Source: a virus (taxonomy: Duplodnaviria; Heunggongvirae; Uroviricota; Caudoviricetes). Taken from it: 4,008 bases of DNA. Location of the stretch: the IMG/VR virus record IMGVR_UViG_3300014784_000118. One strand, given 5' to 3'. Below are positions 1 to 4,008 of this stretch, one piece after another; position 1 is the stretch's first letter; each line of letters opens with the position of its first letter. The notes beneath the pieces are model-generated. The model did no database searches and was not told the DNA's origin. It worked only from the letters and a program-made list of their open reading frames with translations. Made by a program: the position numbers and the translations under genes.

Positions 1-49
1 GTGGAACACTCGCAGGGCTTCTAACCAACAACGTAAACTAGGAGCCGTT

Positions 50-250
50 ATGGTTGCCGTAAATCATATACCACACCTTGTACACACACAAACGGCCTTT
101 GTGTGGCGTTTTCTGGCACTGAGTGCCGGAGAATCCCAAATCATCCACGTAACCGCCTGGACGGAACGCGAAGCGCGTAGTCGTTGCCCGTCCGGTTGTG
201 TTGCTGTATTCGCTGCAAAAATCCGCCAGGGAGAAACCTATGCACAATAA
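50..250 (+). CDS. hypothetical protein (66 aa)
   Basis: ATG at 50 preceded by a strong Shine-Dalgarno AGGAG (41-45). Same strand as the neighbouring genes, and its end overlaps the next start by 11 nt. An upstream gene appears to end at TAA 22-24. No recognisable motifs. Confidence 0.4.
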   Translation: MVAVNHIPHLVHTQTAFVWRFLALSAGESQIIHVTAWTEREARSRCPSGCVAVFAAKIRQGETYAQ

Positions 251-470
251 AACCACACCGGACGCAGCAGAAGAAGCAATGCAAATACTGATACGTGCGC
301 TCGTTGATGTTACCCACATGGTGGAGATTATGGAGAGAAAATCACAGTCGGAGCACGACAAAAGAAAACTTAAAACAATAAAAATAATTGCCAAAAACTC
401 GCTGATAAAAGTTACAGACATCCTTAATGAGGACATTAAAAGAATAAGGGAGAAAATTTGTGATGCATAA
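240..470 (+). CDS. hypothetical small helical protein (76 aa), AT-rich gene
   Basis: ATG at 240 with SD AGGGAG (228-233). The ORF track start at 198 is a GTG with no RBS, so 240 is preferred. The protein is K/E-rich and looks helical. A sampled stretch (300-460) is about 34% GC, well below the rep gene. Confidence 0.5.
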   Translation: MHNKTTPDAAEEAMQILIRALVDVTHMVEIMERKSQSEHDKRKLKTIKIIAKNSLIKVTDILNEDIKRIREKICDA

Positions 471-690
471 AATCCCTTTTGAAGTATTAATCCACTCTGA
501 AAACGCATTAATTAAAGCACGCGAAATGAATGCGTTATTAATTAAATTAATTGAAGTGCCGGAAGGTGGCGAAGATCATTCATCATTAATGTTTGCCGCT
601 GTTCAGACATTATTGACACCTGTTATTGATGAACTCAATAAGGCTATGGCAATTCACGAGAATAATAAAGCGCCCCACACCGGAGAATAA
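463..690 (+). CDS. hypothetical small acidic protein (75 aa), AT-rich gene
   Basis: ATG at 463 (the track uses GTG at 460), with SD-like AGGGAG at 447-452. It overlaps the stop of the preceding gene (TAA 468-470). The protein is acidic and predicted helical, with an internal near-duplication NALIKA / NALLIKL. Confidence 0.5.
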   Translation: MHKIPFEVLIHSENALIKAREMNALLIKLIEVPEGGEDHSSLMFAAVQTLLTPVIDELNKAMAIHENNKAPHTGE

Positions 691-695
691 AAATA

Positions 696-995
696 ATGAA
701 ACTTAAATATTCTGGCTTAACTGCCAGTGGCAAAACTCGCACTAAATTCATGCGCGGTGATATTTACCGCGACCAGTACGGCGGCACGGTAATGATTAAG
801 GGCGTGGCGGGACGGTGCGTAACTTACCGCCGTGAAGGTTACGAATATGATTGCGTGATGCCTGTTTATCAGTTCCGGCGTGATTTTTCTCTGGTACAGA
901 CCGCGCCGCATAACGTGCCCACCAGCAACGCCAGGGCACGGGCAAACATCCAGAAGCTGAAAACCATGGTTAACGGATTCAGGGGCAAGAAATGA
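696..995 (+). CDS. hypothetical protein (99 aa), translationally coupled to rep
   Basis: ATG at 696 with SD GGAGA (682-686). Its stop TGA (993-995) overlaps the rep start ATG (992-994) as ATGA. The protein is basic with G/R/Y-rich segments; no family assignment is possible by eye. Confidence 0.55.
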   Translation: MKLKYSGLTASGKTRTKFMRGDIYRDQYGGTVMIKGVAGRCVTYRREGYEYDCVMPVYQFRRDFSLVQTAPHNVPTSNARARANIQKLKTMVNGFRGKK

Positions 996-2392
996 AAAGC
1001 GCACCGAACTTAAAAAAACAGCCTTACGACAAGATGACCGAAGTCATTATTTTTGCGGGTAGTGATGCCTGGGCACATGCGAAACAGTGGCAGGAACAGG
1101 ACGGGCGACTGGCTGGCGATAATGTGCCTCCCGTTGTGCTGGCTGATGATCAACTGGATGAACTGGCAGACCTGAGAATCATCGACGAGGGGCGCTATTG
1201 TGTCCGGCTGTACAAGGCAGGCCACATCAGGCCATCAAATATTAATGCCATTGCGCACAAGCTGGCGGCGGCGGGTGTAACTGATGCGAATTATTACCCC
1301 GAAGGGATGCACAGCCATATGCGGGAGAACTGGCGCGAATACCTGGAACGGGTGCGCGGGAAAGAGCCGGCGGAAGAAAAAAACCACCAGCGAAAAACCA
1401 CGCTACCGATGAGCGTTGGATCTACCGGATACGACACGCAACTGGATTACGTGGTTAAGGGGATTATTCCGGCGGTATCGCTATGCAGCATATACGGGGC
1501 TAGCGGGTCCTATAAATCATTCCTTGCCGGATCGTGGGCGTGCCATGTTGCCACTGGTCGCCAGTGGGGAGGCCGCAGGGTTGCACATGGTGCGGTTCTC
1601 TATGTGGTTGGTGAAGGCGGTATCGGCGTTCCGCGTCGTGTAAAAGCCTGGGAGGTTGTGCACGGTGAGCAGGTGAAAAATCTGTATCTGGTAAACCGTC
1701 CCATCTTTCCGGCTGTCCCGCTTGATGTTGATGAACTGGTTATTGCTGCCAGTCAGGTGGAGAGGGAAACGGGTAAACCTGTTCGCATGATTATTCTGGA
1801 CACGCTGGCGCGCTGCTTTGGCGGCAATGATGAAAATGACTCCCGCGACATGGGGGCGTTTATCCGTGGGTGTGACGAACTGAAACGACGCACAGGGGCC
1901 ACGGTGCTGGTGGTTCACCATTCCGGCAAGGATGAGACGAAAGGCGCGCGCGGTTCCAGTGCATTTCGTGCATCACTGGATGCTGAATACCGGATACGCA
2001 GGGAGGACGCAGGAAGCGAAGCGCTGGTTATCTCATGCACCAAAATGAAGGACGCGGAGGAACTCAAAGAAGCCGCATATGACTTACGCGTGGTGGAGCT
2101 TTTTACCGACGCTGACGGGGAGTTAATCACGTCGCTGGTGGTGGTGGATAAGCCGCGCCCTCCCGTTGAACTGGAGCGCATCGAGGAGGCAGGCAACAAG
2201 ACGGAAAACCATACCGCGCTATGGGGGTGCATACGTTCACGCACACAGCACGGCGACAAGTGCACGATCCCGCTGTTACGTGACGATATGAAAAAGCTGG
2301 GGTATGACACAAAACACCTTAAACGATGGTTAGCCAAACTGGAAAAAGACGACGTGATCTACATTGACGGTGATGATGTAGGACCACTGTAA
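992..2392 (+). CDS. replication initiator / RepA-like AAA-type (RecA-fold) ATPase-helicase, 466 aa
   Basis: Walker A GASGSYKS at nt 1496-1519 (aa 169-176). Walker B hydrophobic run plus Asp (RMIILDT, D270 at nt 1799-1801). HHSGK motif (aa 309-313), typical of RepA/DnaB-like AAA_25 helicases. The C-terminal about 60 aa is basic and helical, consistent with a winged-helix DNA-binding domain. An iteron array lies immediately 3' of the stop codon. The N-terminal about 140 aa has no motif I can recognise. Confidence 0.8.
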   Translation: MKSAPNLKKQPYDKMTEVIIFAGSDAWAHAKQWQEQDGRLAGDNVPPVVLADDQLDELADLRIIDEGRYCVRLYKAGHIRPSNINAIAHKLAAAGVTDANYYPEGMHSHMRENWREYLERVRGKEPAEEKNHQRKTTLPMSVGSTGYDTQLDYVVKGIIPAVSLCSIYGASGSYKSFLAGSWACHVATGRQWGGRRVAHGAVLYVVGEGGIGVPRRVKAWEVVHGEQVKNLYLVNRPIFPAVPLDVDELVIAASQVERETGKPVRMIILDTLARCFGGNDENDSRDMGAFIRGCDELKRRTGATVLVVHHSGKDETKGARGSSAFRASLDAEYRIRREDAGSEALVISCTKMKDAEELKEAAYDLRVVELFTDADGELITSLVVVDKPRPPVELERIEEAGNKTENHTALWGCIRSRTQHGDKCTIPLLRDDMKKLGYDTKHLKRWLAKLEKDDVIYIDGDDVGPL

Positions 2393-2591
2393 AAAGTGGG
2401 CATTAAAAGTGGGAAAGGTGGGAAATTTAACGTAATTTTAACAAAATTACCCACTTTCCCACGTGTATATATCCCAAAAAGTGGGCACTAAAAAAATACC
2501 TATGAAACAAGATGATATAAATCCCAAATTTCCCACGTTGGACGAAGTGGGAAAACGTAAAAAGTGGGCGAAAAAAGTGGGTAGAGGTGGG
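2393..2591. repeat. iteron array / putative origin of replication (ori)
   Basis: Direct repeats with an (A)nAGTGGG or AGGTGGG core: GTGGG at 2396-2400, 2409-2413, 2418-2422, 2481-2485, 2547-2551, 2564-2568, 2577-2581, 2587-2591. Inverted copies with a CCCAC core at 2450-2457, 2455-2463 and 2529-2537. AT-rich spacer 2423-2449 (aaatttaacgtaattttaacaaaatta), a possible unwinding element. An ATCCCAAA 8-mer is repeated at 2471-2478 and 2521-2528. The position right after rep matches the usual ori placement in PICIs and iteron plasmids. Confidence 0.7.
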
Positions 2592-2594
2592 CAA

Positions 2595-2846
2595 ATGACT
2601 CAAAAACACAGAGACAGAACAGAGCCAAAATATAAAGCGTTAGACATGACAGAGCACGCCTTAAAGGTGGCAATCAGAACGATAGACCGCCACGCGGGGG
2701 AAGGATACGCGAAGGAACATCCCGACCTGATAAGCGCATTCATGACCACGACGGCGGCAAATTTTGCCACGCTGACAGAGCGGGAGATTGCGGAAGCTGA
2801 ACAGGTGACAACCATCAACGTTAAAAACGTAGAGGTGGAATCATGA
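2595..2846 (+). CDS. hypothetical protein (83 aa)
   Basis: ATG at 2595 preceded by GAGGTGGG (2584-2591), which serves as SD and is also the last iteron copy. The stop TGA 2844-2846 overlaps the ssb start ATG 2843 (ATGA coupling). The in-frame upstream start at 2463 would translate the iterons and is rejected. Confidence 0.55.
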   Translation: MTQKHRDRTEPKYKALDMTEHALKVAIRTIDRHAGEGYAKEHPDLISAFMTTTAANFATLTEREIAEAEQVTTINVKNVEVES

Positions 2847-3265
2847 CAGCACAGATAGCGGCTTACGGGCGGCTGGTGGCTGACCCACAGTTAAAGACCA
2901 CCAGCAAGGGCACACAAATGACGATGGCGAGTATGGCTGTCCCCCTGCCGTGCAGCCAGGCAGATGACGGAACGGCTACGATGTGGTTATCCGTCCTGGC
3001 GTTTGGCAGACAGGCCGACGCACTGGCAAAACACCGCAAAGGCGAGCTGGTGAGCGTGGCGGGTAACATGCAGGTAAGCCAGTGGACAGGCCAGAACGGC
3101 GAAACGCGGCAGGGCTGGCAGGTTATCGCAGACAGCGTAATCAGTGCGAGAACGGCGCGACCGGGCGGCAAAAAAGGCCAGCAGGGGCAGGCTACTGACG
3201 CACTGAACAGGGCAAAACAACAGGCGGGGAATGATGATCCGTACGGGGATAACATACCGTTTTAA
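2843..3265 (+). CDS. ssb: single-stranded DNA-binding protein (SSB-like, OB-fold), 140 aa
   Basis: The N-terminal about 105 aa follows the SSB OB-fold pattern: (I/V)xxxGRLxxDPxL near the N-terminus, then WLSVLAFGRQAD...KGELVSVAGNMQVSQWTGQNGETRQGWQVIADSV, paralleling E. coli SSB WHRVVLFGKLAE...KGSQVYIEGQLRTRKW. A Gly/Gln-rich linker follows, and the C-terminal tip ...DDPYGDNIPF resembles the canonical SSB DDDIPF tail. SD GAGGTGG lies upstream. Confidence 0.8.
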   Translation: MTAQIAAYGRLVADPQLKTTSKGTQMTMASMAVPLPCSQADDGTATMWLSVLAFGRQADALAKHRKGELVSVAGNMQVSQWTGQNGETRQGWQVIADSVISARTARPGGKKGQQGQATDALNRAKQQAGNDDPYGDNIPF

Positions 3266-3280
3266 GCAACGAGTGACAGA

Positions 3281-3303
3281 AGCCGGAGAAATCCGGCTTT
3301 TTT
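3281..3303 (+). terminator. rho-independent terminator after ssb
   Basis: Perfect 7-bp stem AGCCGGA (3281-3287) / TCCGGCT (3292-3298) with a GAAA tetraloop, followed by a T-run (3298-3303), 16 nt after the ssb stop codon. Confidence 0.65.
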
Positions 3304-3507
3304 GTAGGTACTCCTGGTGGGGGTGGCCTGTCCACGGGGCGGAGGGGCGCGGAAAAAGGCGCATTTTTTGATTTTTATGGCACCATCACCACCACTATAA
3401 GTTATTGATATGTTGAGAAATAAAAATTTTTAGTGTCGAATCAGGTTGTTTTTTGTTCATCACCGGAACGTTCCCGAAAACATTTACAAAAAACAGGCGC
3501 AAAAAAA

Positions 3508-3540
3508 GCGCCCCCGATTGCTGTTACCGGAGGCGCTTTT
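3508..3540. terminator. hairpin with flanking A/T runs (possible bidirectional terminator or regulatory hairpin)
   Basis: Stem GCGCCCCC (3508-3515) / GGAGGCGC (3529-3536), 7 of 8 pairs, with a 13-nt loop. It is followed by TTTT on the + strand and preceded by A7 (3501-3507), which gives T7 on the - strand. No minus-strand gene is evident downstream to use it. Confidence 0.3.
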
Positions 3541-3638
3541 ACACGACAAAGGAGTTTTTATCGCCAGGATGACGAGTCTTAATACTGCTTCAATGGCAAA
3601 AATGCGTCAATAACTTTGCCTCTCTGAGAATAATCAGA

Positions 3639-3657
3639 AAAATCATAATCTGATTTT
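3639..3657. promoter_or_regulatory. operator-like inverted repeat upstream of the 3732 gene
   Basis: AAAATCA (3639-3645) - N5 - TGATTTT (3651-3657). It overlaps a -10-like CATAAT (3644-3649) and sits about 75 bp upstream of the ATG at 3732. Confidence 0.25.
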
Positions 3658-3731
3658 CAGGTAGAAAATGATTTATCTATTACTTTTATCGATCAATAAT
3701 GATGCCCGTTAATCAAAACGGAGGCGGATTT

Positions 3732-3926
3732 ATGCCAGAGAACAACACCAGAAAGCCGGATAAAAGTGCCACGGTACACATAGACGCCGGAACTATGGAG
3801 AAGATCGAACGCTATCAGCAGTTCATCAAAGATAATCACCCGGGTATGCCAGTACCCACGAAAGGACAAATCACACGCAGCGCGGTTGAATACTGGTACA
3901 GGGCAACGTTAGGGGTCTGGCTATGA
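3732..3926 (+). CDS. hypothetical small protein (64 aa), possible ribbon-helix-helix DNA-binding protein
   Basis: ATG at 3732 with a strong SD GGAGG (3720-3724, 7-nt spacing). The ATG at 3699 on the ORF track lacks an RBS. The pattern short beta-strand (ATVHID), helix (GTMEKIERYQQFIKDN), loop, helix (ITRSAVEYWYRA) suggests an RHH fold. Its stop overlaps the next start (ATGA at 3923-3926). Confidence 0.5.
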   Translation: MPENNTRKPDKSATVHIDAGTMEKIERYQQFIKDNHPGMPVPTKGQITRSAVEYWYRATLGVWL

Positions 3927-4008
3927 AAACATGGTTTTCCATTAAGGCTATGGCAGATGTTGTCTATGTGCGCATTTATGACGAGATCGGCGGGTACGGT
4001 GTAAAAGC
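3923..4008 (+). CDS. partial CDS (N-terminus only, runs off the window end); possible ClpP/S14-family prohead (head maturation) protease
   Basis: ATG at 3923 with SD AGGGG (3911-3915), translationally coupled to the upstream gene. The N-terminus MKTWFSIKAMADVVYVRIYDEIGGYGV contains the (I/L)YDEIG...GV motif characteristic of the start of ClpP-like phage prohead proteases. Only 28 codons are visible, so the family call is tentative. Confidence 0.4.
   Translation, partial: MKTWFSIKAMADVVYVRIYDEIGGYGVK

Noticed and set aside
1-24. C-terminal end of an upstream + strand gene (...VEHSQGF-stop at 22-24)
   Set aside because: Only 7 codons are visible, too little to support a feature call or product, though a gene probably does end here.
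198-239. GTG start at 198 for the 240-470 gene, and ATG 3699 start for the 3732-3926 gene
   Set aside because: Neither upstream start has a Shine-Dalgarno sequence, whereas the downstream ATGs (240 and 3732) have AGGGAG and GGAGG at proper spacing.
38-508. Minus-strand 156-aa ORF antisense to the + strand small genes
   Set aside because: It overlaps three co-oriented + strand genes that have good RBSs, has no SD, and its translation is Ser/Leu/Ile-rich low-complexity sequence typical of an antisense frame through AT-rich DNA.
717-1004. Minus-strand 95-aa ORF overlapping the 99-aa + gene
   Set aside because: It is fully antisense to a + strand ORF that has an SD and translational coupling to rep, and it has no RBS of its own.
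1010-2337. Minus-strand ORFs (1010-1225, 1517-1921, 1915-2337, 2127-2312) and + strand alternate-frame ORF 1416-1643 inside rep
   Set aside because: All lie within the well-supported rep reading frame (Walker A/B, HHSGK). They have no RBS and their composition is typical of antisense or alternate-frame artefacts in GC-rich coding DNA.
2393-2591. Possible CRISPR array
   Set aside because: The repeats are only about 8-9 bp, irregularly spaced, occur in both orientations, and have no uniform spacers. This is consistent with iterons, not CRISPR.
2463-2594. Extended start at 2463 for the 83-aa gene (127-aa version), and minus-strand ORF 2427-2609
   Set aside because: The extension is just a translation of the iteron repeats (repetitive KVG / KW-rich peptide) and has no RBS. 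The ATG at 2595 has a strong SD. The minus-strand ORF likewise translates the iterons.
2988-2996. DnaA-box-like TTATCCGTC
   Set aside because: It has two mismatches to the TTATNCACA consensus and lies inside the ssb coding sequence. No DnaA box was found within the iteron region itself.
2600-3364. Minus-strand ORFs 2600-2818, 2863-3255 and 2987-3364 antisense to the 83-aa gene and ssb
   Set aside because: They are antisense to genes with strong RBSs and recognisable SSB homology pattern. Their translations are Cys/Ala/Pro-rich with no motif.
3347-3370. GCGC-N8-GCGC followed by ATTTTTTG as a second terminator
   Set aside because: The stem is only 4 bp, which is unlikely to be stable; the real terminator is the 7-bp hairpin at 3281-3303.
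3377-3400. Seven-codon mini-ORF ATG GCA CCA TCA CCA CCA CTA TAA (MAPSPPL), a possible polyproline-stalling leader peptide
   Set aside because: There is no Shine-Dalgarno sequence upstream and no obvious promoter. It is most likely a chance ORF in the intergenic spacer, noted only because of the PP motif.

Overview
This window reads as a single-strand (+) operon-like block from a mobile element's replication module, followed by the start of what may be a capsid-morphogenesis module. The codon usage looks enterobacterial. From 5' to 3' it holds: the last codons of an upstream gene; four small tightly packed ORFs (50-995), two of which (240-690) are markedly AT-rich (about 34% GC in a sampled 160 nt); a 466-aa RepA-like AAA-type ATPase/helicase (992-2392) with clear Walker A (GASGSYKS), Walker B (MIILDT) and HHSGK motifs; an iteron array immediately downstream (2393-2591, eight direct and three inverted copies of a GTGGG-core repeat flanking an AT-rich spacer) that I interpret as the origin of replication; an 83-aa hypothetical gene; a 140-aa SSB-like protein ending in ...GDNIPF; an intrinsic terminator; a 466-bp non-coding region with a G-rich block, a perfect 10-bp palindrome and a second hairpin; and then a 64-aa possible ribbon-helix-helix protein coupled to the N-terminus of a protein resembling ClpP-family prohead proteases. 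No integrase, tRNA, att site, CRISPR array or IS element is visible. The Rep + iteron ori + element-encoded SSB + capsid-gene arrangement fits a phage satellite (PICI / capsid-forming PICI-like), a prophage or a phage-plasmid; the window alone cannot distinguish these. All protein-family assignments are from motif reading by eye, with no database search, and should be confirmed with HMM and structure searches.
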